The notes under the pieces: generated by a model
Databases searched by the model: none
Seen by the model: only the letters and a program-made list of their open reading frames with translations
Told to the model about the DNA's origin: nothing
From: Candidatus Bathyarchaeia archaeon
Lineage (GTDB): Archaea; Thermoproteota; Bathyarchaeia; Bathyarchaeales; Bathycorpusculaceae
Direction: 5' to 3'
Assembly (NCBI GenBank): GCA_050012755.1
Contig: JBEKGO010000034.1
Location: 1 to 27,774, forward strand
Length of the DNA: 27,774 bases
Position numbers and translations under genes: made by a program
Part shown: positions 9,916 through 18,655 of the stretch, piece by piece
Layout: each line of letters opens with the position of its first letter
Position numbering within the stretch: position 1 is the first letter of the stretch

Positions 9916-10158
9916 ATGCCTGTTAGAAAATTTGAAGACCCAAAAATTGAACAACAAATACTGGACCTTCTGCAGAAAACAGCCAAGCCAACAACTACCG
10001 ATTTCGTGGCGACTAACCTTAAGATTTCGTGGTCGACCGCCAGGATGATGCTTTTATCAATGGCGCTGCATGGGAAAATAGGTGTTCTCGAGACAACTAA
10101 TTCCTGCGTATTCACATTGAACAAGGTTGAGTCAGCTTCGGGATCTGCTTCAAAATGA
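9916..10158 (+). CDS. Small winged-helix DNA-binding protein
   Basis: 'QQILDLLQKTAKPTTTDFVATNLKISWSTARMMLLSMALHGKI'; divergent from the replication operon. Confidence 0.75.
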   Translation: MPVRKFEDPKIEQQILDLLQKTAKPTTTDFVATNLKISWSTARMMLLSMALHGKIGVLETTNSCVFTLNKVESASGSASK

Positions 10159-10520
10159 GCAGCAGCCAAACTGCAGTTAACTTGGCCACTGAGCTGATAG
10201 ATCCTGACCCAGATCAGCCCAGAAAATACTTTGATGAGCTTGAAGAAATTGCTCTAACAGAGCAGGACGTGCTGACTTACAATTTGCCCAGGAACCCGGA
10301 TAAGCCGGGGGACTCGCGCGCCAAATGGTTTGCAGAAAAATACCCAAATGTGAAATATAGTGTTGAGCTGGATGCTTTGTCTCCTCAGGTTCTTCGAGCA
10401 AAAATACACACGGCCCTGCAGAGCAACCTAGACATGGTTAAGCTGAGGGCTCATCAAGAGGAAGATGAAAGGATCCGAGCTGAGACCAAGGACTGGCTTA
10501 ATCGCAGGTTTGGCGAATAG
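10155..10520 (+). pseudogene. Probable deletion chimera: ParB N-terminal stub fused to the C-terminus of a TopoVI-A/TOPRIM-like protein
   Basis: 'LIDPDPDQPRKYFDE' (ParB box) runs directly into 'IALTEQDVLTYNLPRNPDKPGDSRAKWF...VELDALSPQVL'. Confidence 0.55.
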
Positions 10521-10541
10521 CTGCACACCTTCAGCTTAGCC

Positions 10542-11069
10542 TTATTCCTCGTAGGGGACCTGCAAATACATCCATTTTTTGTCTTTTTTCTCACATTTTG
10601 GGACAAGTTCAAAACCACAATGACTATAGAACTCCACTTTGTTGATGTTGGTCATTACGACTACGAGTCTGCATCCTACCTCTCTTGACAGATTCTTAGT
10701 GGTGCTGACACTCCATAAACAAATATTTTTTCCTACGTTTCGGCGACGGTAGTCATTCGCTGTTCCCAGACGGCCAATCAACAATGCGGGGTAATTCTTT
10801 ATGGTAACTTTGAGTGGCAGCCTGAATGCTGTTTCTCTGGTTTCAATCTGGCTCATTGCCAGAGTAACAAAACCAACAATTCTTTCCCGATGAAAAAACA
10901 GGTATGTAACACCCAAGTTTTCTTTTTGGTACTGCAACGCCTCTTCGTGGATGAACTCGTTCAAACCCATTTCGTCGTCTAAACTGCAGTCAAAAGTTGA
11001 CAGGTCATGTGAAGGCCTTAGTATTTCAACTTGCAGTTCTGAGGGGCTAATATCCTCGGATTCAGACAT
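10542..11069 (-). CDS. GNAT acetyltransferase, AtaT/TacT-like toxin
   Basis: 'HDLSTFDCS...LNEFI...A', 'IVGFVTL', 'YPALLIGRLGT...YRRRNVGK', 'VEFYSHCGF'. Confidence 0.87.
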   Translation of the reverse strand: MSESEDISPSELQVEILRPSHDLSTFDCSLDDEMGLNEFIHEEALQYQKENLGVTYLFFHRERIVGFVTLAMSQIETRETAFRLPLKVTIKNYPALLIGRLGTANDYRRRNVGKNICLWSVSTTKNLSREVGCRLVVVMTNINKVEFYSHCGFELVPKCEKKDKKWMYLQVPYEE

Positions 11070-11136
11070 GAAAGAGTCTAATACTTTAAAGAATGTTTTA
11101 AGCGTTTAGCATGCAGTAAATGGCGCGACTAAAAAA

Positions 11137-11280
11137 CTACTTTTTCTGTTTTATGGCTTCAAATACGCGGTCTGCTTCTTTGAAAATACTCAGTTGCTCC
11201 TTGCTCAGAGGTTTCCCTGTCTGCTTAACGAATTCTCTAGCGCATTTGCCCTTCAAAACTGGAGCGTTCTCTGGCCTCAT
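11137..11280 (-). CDS. Putative small antitoxin of the GNAT toxin
   Basis: 47-aa ORF (MRPENAPVLKGKCAREFVKQTGKP...) immediately upstream of and co-oriented with the GNAT gene; track start 11319. Confidence 0.55.
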   Translation of the reverse strand: MRPENAPVLKGKCAREFVKQTGKPLSKEQLSIFKEADRVFEAIKQKK

Positions 11281-11396
11281 CTGTTCAATCACCTTATAGC
11301 CTAATAGCCTACCCTCCAATAAGGTAGGCTTAACTTATTAATTTTGCTTCTTACAGGTAAGCTTTTTCAGGCGAATTCCAGCTACATGATATGTAG

Positions 11397-12719
11397 CTAG
11401 CCATAGTTTCCTCTAAGAGAAGACGAATCTTGAACTTTGTCTAAGATTCGCTGTTTTTTCTCTTCTTCCGACAAAGTTTTCCAGAAGTCACCGACTAGGC
11501 CTTTTAGGACCTGGATTGTTTTTGCTGGCCCAAACCAGCCACCAACACGTATAACGTCATCTACAATGTCCGCAGGATAAAGCTTTTTCAGTTTAGTTAC
11601 CTTCGCTTCTTCAGCCTTCACTTCCTCAGCTGTCTGAGCCTGTAGATTCTTGAGCGCTTCTTCATTGCTTACGCGTTCAAAGTTGACTTCTTCAAGAGCC
11701 TTCTCAGGCGAAACACCCGCAGCAACTTTACTGTTTAAATCAGTAACATACAATTCACCTTTTCGCCGCGTTAAATCTTCTTCAATAATCTTTGTTAAAA
11801 CTTGACTCACAATCGTTTTAGGCGCTCGGAACGCAGGTCTGAGGACGCTTTCAGGCTTTTCGTTTACCCGGGTAAACACTTCACTCAACAGATTTTTCTC
11901 TTCCAGACATAATTTGTCGTAAAAAGAAGTAAGTTGGCCTATTCTTGAGTAATTTTCGCCTAATTTTTCTGCTAAAATCCGTATGGAAGGATACTCATTA
12001 GGAAACCGCTTTAGCATGTCTTTGAAGTATTTGCCCCGTTCAAAATCAGTGAATTCATCCCGGTCCTCATTAGCTATGTAAGATATTTCGTAGGCTTCTG
12101 AATCAGTCATTTCACGCTCAATTAAAGGAACTGAAGGCAGATCTAAAACTAAAGCGATGTCCCAGCGGCCATAACCATCCACTACTTCATGTTTACCCGG
12201 AAAACTTTTACTCGGCCGCGTTTTCAAGCGATCGGTGAATGGCGGATAGCCTTTTGCAAGGCGTCCTTTTACGCTGCTTACAAGCCGCTGCTTGCTCTCG
12301 CCGCTTCGGTAAAGCCGTGGTTGCGGTCCCTCTACTAAATCGCTTAATGAAACATCTAGAAGGTGCTCTTTTTTAAGCGAAGACTGTCTAATTATGAACG
12401 CAAAGTGGTTAGAATTGATCCACTCACCGTCAACTTGACTGAACAGCTCTAAGATTTTCGCAAAAGCATCACGATTAGTTAAGATGTCTTCTCTGAGCGT
12501 AACCATGGGGCCGGTCGCAGTCTTCGTAATTTTAGGCTTACCATTAGCGTCAACTTCAAGGAAAGGTTTAGCCATTTCTAGAAAACGTTCAAAGTCAGGC
12601 GAATTTGAGCATTCAGGTTTTGCTGAAGCTGTTTTTTCGCTAAAATCTTCTGAGGAAGTTATTATCAGCGGCGCTTTTGCTTCCGCTGAAAACTCTGGTT
12701 TTTTATGGGTTGTTGACAT
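11397..12719 (-). CDS. ParB/Spo0J-family protein
   Basis: 'LVEGPQPRL', 'HEVVDGYGRW', 'IANEDRDEFTDFERG', HTH 'SIRILAEKLGENYSRIGQL'; no ParA in the element. Confidence 0.85.
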   Translation of the reverse strand: MSTTHKKPEFSAEAKAPLIITSSEDFSEKTASAKPECSNSPDFERFLEMAKPFLEVDANGKPKITKTATGPMVTLREDILTNRDAFAKILELFSQVDGEWINSNHFAFIIRQSSLKKEHLLDVSLSDLVEGPQPRLYRSGESKQRLVSSVKGRLAKGYPPFTDRLKTRPSKSFPGKHEVVDGYGRWDIALVLDLPSVPLIEREMTDSEAYEISYIANEDRDEFTDFERGKYFKDMLKRFPNEYPSIRILAEKLGENYSRIGQLTSFYDKLCLEEKNLLSEVFTRVNEKPESVLRPAFRAPKTIVSQVLTKIIEEDLTRRKGELYVTDLNSKVAAGVSPEKALEEVNFERVSNEEALKNLQAQTAEEVKAEEAKVTKLKKLYPADIVDDVIRVGGWFGPAKTIQVLKGLVGDFWKTLSEEEKKQRILDKVQDSSSLRGNYG

Positions 12720-13085
12720 GTTTCATCCCTTATTGTAGGCTTCTCCTGCTGGGGGACCTGCTGCACACACCGACACCGGAACGAAACGCGGCAGTTACTT
12801 ATTCGATGTGTTATTTAAGGTTTTTTTCAGAAAAAAGAGCGCGGAACGCCTAAGAAAAAGGCGCCCACACTCAGGGTCACAACCCATGAAAGACCCTTAA
12901 TAGAAAAAAGAAAGAATATTGAGGGTTACTCAGTTCCCGGAGCTCAGAGAAGAAAACGCCAGCAGCTAACTGCTAAACTTAAACGGTGAAGTATTCTGGA
13001 TTACTGGAGAGGTAGCCAAAAATGAAAGGTGGTGTGCTCATAATACTACATATTCGTAGCAAATCATTCTTTAGATGAGTTAAAA

Positions 13086-13335
13086 ATGAGTAAAAGCCAA
13101 AAGAAGAAACTAACGTTAATCTCGCTGTTTTTGCTGGTTATTGGGGGTATTTCGCTTTTCGGACTCGCCTTCAACGTAGTCTACACAACTAGCATTGCAG
13201 ACCAACACATTTGGTGGCCCAGTTCCAGCCGTAAGCATAGCCCTCAAGTTATTCTATCAATGGTGGTGGCTTGCCAGTACCACTCTTATCGCAAGCGGCT
13301 CAATTGGACTTTGCACCGCTCGCTTTCTAAAGTAA
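13086..13335 (+). pseudogene. Frameshifted small two-TM membrane protein
   Basis: First TM in the 13086 frame. After ~13190 the +1 frame encodes ALQTNTFGGPVPAVSIALKLFYQWWWLASTTLIASGSIGLCTARFLK* (TAA 13333-13335). Confidence 0.5.
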
Positions 13336-13361
13336 AGCGGTCTTTTTTCTATTGATGCAAA

Positions 13362-13844
13362 ATGTACACCGAACGACCTAGAAGGAGTTTTGGATTCAGA
13401 GGAAGAAGAAAGCGTAGCAACACAAAAAGCCCTGCTGCAGGTGTAATTATCGGCCCAAATTCGCGATACCGCGTCACGGTGGAGCCAGTCGATACCGATC
13501 AACCCATGACTAAATTAGACGAAAGCAAAGAGGCTGAGCAAAACACGCGGGTCGACCAGAGCAACCAACCTAACATAACTGGGCCCTCTAAACAGGCAAA
13601 CAGAGGACCCGAATTTACAGGGGTTAATGCTGTTTTTCAACGGATGATAGTTGACAAAGATGTCTTGGACTTTCCAGCTAATCGCGCTTCATACCAACAA
13701 GCTACAAATGCACTGAAACAAGCAGGCCTTGACTTCGCAGTTACCGAAGGCGGCGGAATCTACGTAGCTGACAAAGACACTGCAGTTGCCACAAAAATCT
13801 TGGTGCCCTATTATCGCCAATGGTCTCAAGTGATGCGGTCTTAA
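13362..13844 (+). CDS. Hypothetical protein
   Basis: 160-aa ATG ORF with a basic N-terminus, followed by a T-rich tract. Confidence 0.6.
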   Translation: MYTERPRRSFGFRGRRKRSNTKSPAAGVIIGPNSRYRVTVEPVDTDQPMTKLDESKEAEQNTRVDQSNQPNITGPSKQANRGPEFTGVNAVFQRMIVDKDVLDFPANRASYQQATNALKQAGLDFAVTEGGGIYVADKDTAVATKILVPYYRQWSQVMRS

Positions 13845-13950
13845 TCTTCCCCTTTTCTTTTTTTGTAATGCTTTCCTTGATCTCTAAATTATCTTATGAG
13901 TTCATCGTACTTAATTTTTGTTAAGTATTTTTTCTTGTGAGTGAAGAGGC

Positions 13951-14943
13951 ATGTTCGATCCTAAAACCTTAGAGTTTTTGGAAGGAAAGAATCCAGGTAC
14001 GCAAAGCATTTACCGGGCAGGCCTTTTGAAATTTCAAGAGTTCTACCTTGCTACGTATCAAGGCAGCATTCCGGATTTCATTGACAAGTTATATGCTGAT
14101 CGAGATAAGGGATGGAGGGAAAACGAGCACATAGCCTCTAAGACTATTGCTAAGTTTGTTGGTTGGCTTCGACCAACTGAGGAGACACAGACACCGGAAG
14201 AGGTTAAGAAGTCAAAAAAGTTCAAGAAGAAAACAGTTAGGGTTTACGTTTCTGCTATTCAGCAACTATCTAAGTATAATGGGGTTCCTTTTTCAACCAA
14301 TGATTCTAAGTTACCGGCTAGTAACCCTGAATTAAAGAAGTATTCTTGGACGGTTGAAGAGGCTGTTCGATTCTTCAACTTGTTTGATTCTCAGATGTAT
14401 AGAAGTATGGGCGTTCTTATCTTCCAGAGCTTCATTGATTGCAGCACAACCTTAGCTCTGAAGTATCGGGATATCCAAAGGGAGTATGAAAGCGGGATTG
14501 TTCCTTTGTGCCTTGATACGGAACGTGTTAAATCGGATATTCCCTTTATGAGTTTTATTGGCAAGTGGGGCCTTAAGGAACTTCACAAGTGGCTAGACTC
14601 CAGAGATGATCTTGTACCTGACGCTCCACTGTTTCCAACCTCTAAGGTTCCAACTTGCGACTATTTCCGTAAGAAGGCTGAGCTGTTTCTTGGAGTTAAG
14701 TTTGAAGATAACGAAAGGTCGCCTTGTGGAACGCACAGCTTGAGAGCCGGAGGTAGTACACTATCAAGAGATAGCATAGTCGGAAGTGGGGAACATGCGC
14801 GAGCTGTTGACCGGTATATTGATTTTTTTATGGGCAAGACTGTTGAGGAAGAGAAGAGAGTTTACGTGAGCAAAAGCCGGGAAGACTGGCGAAAAACCTG
14901 GCGAACATGCTGCGAGCCCTACGTAACTCCTGAGAAGTTCTGA
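13951..14943 (+). CDS. Tyrosine recombinase 2 (first catalytic Arg apparently replaced)
   Basis: SAM-like N-terminus; 'QSFIDCSTTLALKYRDI' (D at the usual R position), 'RVKS', 'THSLRAG', 'FFMGK', 'RVY'. Confidence 0.82.
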   Translation: MFDPKTLEFLEGKNPGTQSIYRAGLLKFQEFYLATYQGSIPDFIDKLYADRDKGWRENEHIASKTIAKFVGWLRPTEETQTPEEVKKSKKFKKKTVRVYVSAIQQLSKYNGVPFSTNDSKLPASNPELKKYSWTVEEAVRFFNLFDSQMYRSMGVLIFQSFIDCSTTLALKYRDIQREYESGIVPLCLDTERVKSDIPFMSFIGKWGLKELHKWLDSRDDLVPDAPLFPTSKVPTCDYFRKKAELFLGVKFEDNERSPCGTHSLRAGGSTLSRDSIVGSGEHARAVDRYIDFFMGKTVEEEKRVYVSKSREDWRKTWRTCCEPYVTPEKF

Positions 14944-15577
14944 TACTGTTAAGCTATCAAATCTCCTCTCTCTGTTTCACACGTACTTTTTTATGGAGCA
15001 GAGCCTCTTTAAGAGAAAGTTTTTTCAAAAAACGAAACGAAAATGCTATCTATATAATCCGACCTGAGAACTTAATCTGGATTAAGTAATACATAGAAAG
15101 ATGGTGATGTACCCCGGCAATATTTCACGCGAACACGCGAAAATTCAAAAATCGCGTACTATTATAGTTTAACTAGTAACCCCCTATCCAATCGTGAAAT
15201 TTCAGGGCTGCTATCAACTATATAAGCCCCATGGAAAAAACATTTGCAGTTTGAGGTTGTCTCTCCAGCTTTTTCCGCTGTCTTTTGAGCCTGGTATGTT
15301 GAAAAGCCCATACTAAAAAAACAACCGTGTTACACATAATACATGCGCTACAAAACGGAGGCTAAATCAAAGAGATTACTTATTTCCCATAAGAAAAGAC
15401 TTTCAGCTGTTAAAACGCTCAAAACCCTAATGTTCTATTTGATACGTTCATGTATCAGGTTAATGTAGGGTCGTCTCAAATAGTTACAAACATAACACCG
15501 TAATACTTCCTCCGCTAACAAGCTAACTGTTAGAACCGTTAACCTGTTTTTTCTATTGTGTGAGGCGTTAACTCAAC

Positions 15578-16381
15578 ATGGAAACAAAACTAAATGTTCA
15601 TGAGTATTTAGAGAATAATCGGGTCTACTTTGAAAGCGCGACATCAACAGAGAAAGGAATCACAGCAAAGCTTGTTCCAAACCTAATCAGAACCAATCCG
15701 ACTGCGTTGCTGCGGCTACTCAACGAGATGGACCGTTACTTTCATGCTAATTGGATGGGAACCCTGGCTAACAGCGTCTTTATTCCATCCAAAAATGAGG
15801 CTCCCAAACAGGAAAAGGGGCGTGAAGATGAAGAGCTCGAGTATTGCATAGTAAACGTCCTTTTCCCCATCACGGTACAGGTATATGGTGACAAGGCAAA
15901 GCGTGACATGGAAAAACGTGTTTTATCTCAATTTAACACCGTTAACGATTCCCAAACTGTAATGGTAGAACGAAAAGAAGAACCTCTTACTCCTGCAGAG
16001 ACCCAAGCAGGCGGTCCAGCAGTTCCTAGCGTAGTTGAACCTCAATTGGCAGCAGATCCGCAACTGGAAAAAGCGTCCAGCCAGGAAGAGACCCAAGTCC
16101 AGGAAGCGCCGGCCCAAACGGAAACCCCAAAACAGGAGTTAACTTTGGAGCCAACTGAAGCTGAGGAAATTCAGCAATGTTTCGAGAGAGTCAGGACCTA
16201 TTTTGTTGTGCAAAAAACGTCTCCCATGAAAATTGCAAACGACATTCAATTCTTGCTTAAGCATGGCTTCAACAGGACCCAAATCGCTGAAAAAGTCGCC
16301 GCCAGCAAGCCCTCCATCGGAAAGTACGCAGCCCTAAATCTTGAGCTTCAAACTGAGGCTGAAAAAACCCCTGTGCCTTAA
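15578..16381 (+). CDS. Hypothetical protein with acidic linker and C-terminal HTH
   Basis: 'GFNRTQIAEKVAASKPSIGKY' HTH-like segment. Confidence 0.65.
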   Translation: METKLNVHEYLENNRVYFESATSTEKGITAKLVPNLIRTNPTALLRLLNEMDRYFHANWMGTLANSVFIPSKNEAPKQEKGREDEELEYCIVNVLFPITVQVYGDKAKRDMEKRVLSQFNTVNDSQTVMVERKEEPLTPAETQAGGPAVPSVVEPQLAADPQLEKASSQEETQVQEAPAQTETPKQELTLEPTEAEEIQQCFERVRTYFVVQKTSPMKIANDIQFLLKHGFNRTQIAEKVAASKPSIGKYAALNLELQTEAEKTPVP

Positions 16382-16421
16382 ATACGTTTGATATCACTTT
16401 TGTCTATTAGAGACGTTTAGT

Positions 16422-16937
16422 ATGTCAAAAGTTCATACAGACGAAAATAGCCAAGAGCCTGACAACTCAGTTTCAACATTGCTTATTCGCATGCCTTCAG
16501 CTATGAAGAAGCGTATAGCTGAAATTTGCAAGGCTACCGATCAAAGCATGTGTGCCTTCACTGTTGCCCTCTACACGAAAGCCATCGCTGAGTTTGACGG
16601 GGCAGGCGGAGCCGCAGCAGCCTTTAACCTCAAATGGGCTCAAAATCAGAGACTCAAACTTTATGTAAAAATCAACAATATCTGGAAACTGTTGGGAGGC
16701 ACGCAATCCAAATGTTATCACGAGCTGCAAAATTTATGCAAATCGCTTGGTCTAAAAGAGGACTATTCGAACCTAGATTCTATAATCATACAATTGATCG
16801 ATTACAAACCGCAAGCAAGCGATTCGTTTTCTGAAGCTGATTTAGACACTTTCCGCGAGCTATTAGGCCTAATGAGCGAGCACCGATCGCTTAGATTAAA
16901 AATCGACGCTGAAATAAAACGTAAGAGTCACAGTTGA
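16422..16937 (+). CDS. Ribbon-helix-helix (Arc/CopG-like) domain protein
   Basis: 'STLLIRMPSAMKKRIAEICKATDQSMCAFTVALY'. Confidence 0.7.
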   Translation: MSKVHTDENSQEPDNSVSTLLIRMPSAMKKRIAEICKATDQSMCAFTVALYTKAIAEFDGAGGAAAAFNLKWAQNQRLKLYVKINNIWKLLGGTQSKCYHELQNLCKSLGLKEDYSNLDSIIIQLIDYKPQASDSFSEADLDTFRELLGLMSEHRSLRLKIDAEIKRKSHS

Positions 16938-16987
16938 AAAGCACCATTTTAGCTCTATCTTTTTTCTATTGTTAGAGGCGCTAACTA

Positions 16988-17374
16988 ATGAGTGATGATG
17001 TTAAAAACGATTCAAGTGCAAAATTAAGGTCCTGTACATTGCGGGTTCCTACCATCTACAATGATTTTTTAGAAAAGACAGTTGCTGAAACACAAAATAC
17101 TAAATCAACCCTTTTCTTGGTTGGTTCTGCAGTGTTGGCGTGCCTTGACAATGAAAAGACCTGGAAGGACACGCTAGAGGATGTCAAGAGGCACAAGACC
17201 TTTGACTCTGACATGGAAACGATAGGCCGATTTTCGCACCTGCTTACTGAACTTAACTTGCTGCAGGACGCCGGCATTACCCAGGAAACCCTAGATCACG
17301 TACTTCTGTTCTCCCACAAAATAGCTGAATACTTGAAGACTAAGAAGGCTGAGTTAGACAAGAAAGAGAATTAG
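16988..17374 (+). CDS. Ribbon-helix-helix-like protein
   Basis: 'SCTLRVPTIYNDFLEKTVAETQNTKSTLF'. Confidence 0.6.
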   Translation: MSDDVKNDSSAKLRSCTLRVPTIYNDFLEKTVAETQNTKSTLFLVGSAVLACLDNEKTWKDTLEDVKRHKTFDSDMETIGRFSHLLTELNLLQDAGITQETLDHVLLFSHKIAEYLKTKKAELDKKEN

Positions 17375-17508
17375 TTGTTTTTTATAGCGAGTTTGAGATT
17401 AGATCTTGCGCTGCAGGACCGGCACTTGCCTGTTTTGTTTCCTCGCTTTCTAATAGGCCTACCACATCCAAGGCATCTGCCGGATGGCTACACATAGTTG
17501 TTTGCCAT
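17371..17508 (-). pseudogene. Small Zn-finger protein interrupted by in-frame TAG
   Basis: Manual translation MANNYV*PSGRCLGCGRPIRKRGNKTGKCRSCSARSNLKLAIKNN; TAG at 17488-17490. Confidence 0.5.
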
Positions 17509-17573
17509 TTCTGTTTTTCCTTCTAACTTTTAAACAAAAATAGAAAAAGAGGGATTGAAGGCTTCGTTAACAT

Positions 17574-17792
17574 TCAGTTAGCCTTGCTTAGTATGTTGTC
17601 TATGAGTACTTTTACTGATTCGCTGAATTCTCCAGCTTCAATGTCGCCTTTAACCATCTAAAGCACACCCAAAGAAATGTACTCTTGCACAGACGAATAA
17701 TCAAGGCTCTTCACGTTAGCTTCCAAGAAGTCCAACACCGCTTTTGGCAATGGAATAACGCAGTCTACGTACTCGATTTTCTTTTCAACCAT
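17574..17792 (-). pseudogene. RHH-like protein with in-frame TAG (or a 44-aa ORF followed by a 28-aa ORF)
   Basis: MVEKKIEYVDCVIPLPKAVLDFLEANVKSLDYSSVQEYISLGVL*MVKGDIEAGEFSESVKVLIDNILSKAN; TAG at 17658-17660. Confidence 0.5.
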
Positions 17793-18008
17793 TTAGGGCA
17801 CCTTTCGGAATATGTGCAGTTCGATTGCGTGTTGCCTAGCTGCCTCCAACAGGAACTCGTCAATATTCTCGTAGTAATGGTTCTGTTTTATGTAGTCGTT
17901 TAATGCAACAAAGAATTGAACTGGCAAAGCTACGCTGACTTTAACGGTTTTAGCATCAACTCGGATTTCTTGCTTCTTCATTTTAGTACACCCTTTCTTA
18001 TTTGACAT
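17793..18008 (-). CDS. Ribbon-helix-helix (CopG-like) regulator
   Basis: 'VKVSVALPVQFFVALNDYIKQNHYYENIDEFLLEAARQH'. Confidence 0.7.
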   Translation of the reverse strand: MSNKKGCTKMKKQEIRVDAKTVKVSVALPVQFFVALNDYIKQNHYYENIDEFLLEAARQHAIELHIFRKVP

Positions 18009-18111
18009 TTTTGTTTTCTCCTTTCATGAATATACCTGATGATACTTACAGGCATCTACCAACACCTTTATATTCGCAAGTATTTAAATATACCTACAGG
18101 TGCATTAAAGC

Positions 18112-18405
18112 ATGGTTAAGAATATGAAAAGGTTCATGATGTCAGTATCAGATGAAATGTACGTAGAACTAGAAAAGGAAAGAAAAAGCCGGCGTCTCGA
18201 AACCGTCCAGGAAGTAACACGACAAATCGTAGCCGACTATCTAAGAGAGAATTCGCCGCCAGAACCAGGTTCTCTAGAGGAGAAATGGCTGAAAGAAGGT
18301 GACAAAGAAGAAAGAAGAATCATAAAGGAGCAAACAGGGATGGATATAGGCGCCACCAAACGTGTAAACAAGAAGAAAGTAACCTCAGCAGAAGGTACGA
18401 CCTGA
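18112..18405 (+). CDS. Ribbon-helix-helix (CopG-like) regulator
   Basis: 'KRFMMSVSDEMYVELEKERKSRRLETVQEVTRQIVADYL'; TTTAAATA TATA box upstream (~18083). Confidence 0.75.
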   Translation: MVKNMKRFMMSVSDEMYVELEKERKSRRLETVQEVTRQIVADYLRENSPPEPGSLEEKWLKEGDKEERRIIKEQTGMDIGATKRVNKKKVTSAEGTT

Positions 18406-18406
18406 A

Positions 18407-18637
18407 ATGAAAACGATAAATGAAACCTTTGACGATGAAGAATACACCGCTTTGAAAGCTAAGAAAGGCAAAAACAGTTGGCACGACTTCATAATGCAAT
18501 TATTAGATAAAGACGAAATACAACGGCTTGCTTCGCGTCTTCCAGCACAATCAACGCCGCTGGAACCCTCAACGCCTCCAGGTCCTGACTACGCAAAGTG
18601 GAATAAAATTCTGAGTGAAAAATTCCCCAAGATCTAG
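18407..18637 (+). CDS. RHH/antitoxin-like small DNA-binding protein; in frame with 18656..18847 across a TAG
   Basis: 'MKTINETFDDEEYTALKAKKGKNSWHDFIMQLL'; ends with one WNKILSEKFP repeat. Confidence 0.65.
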   Translation: MKTINETFDDEEYTALKAKKGKNSWHDFIMQLLDKDEIQRLASRLPAQSTPLEPSTPPGPDYAKWNKILSEKFPKI

Positions 18638-18655
18638 CCAAAGGAGCCAAGGTCA

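Noticed and set aside
14909-14920. GCTGCGAGCCCT in the Int2 3' end resembling part of the att core
   Set aside because: Only 11/12 bp; compatible with chance.
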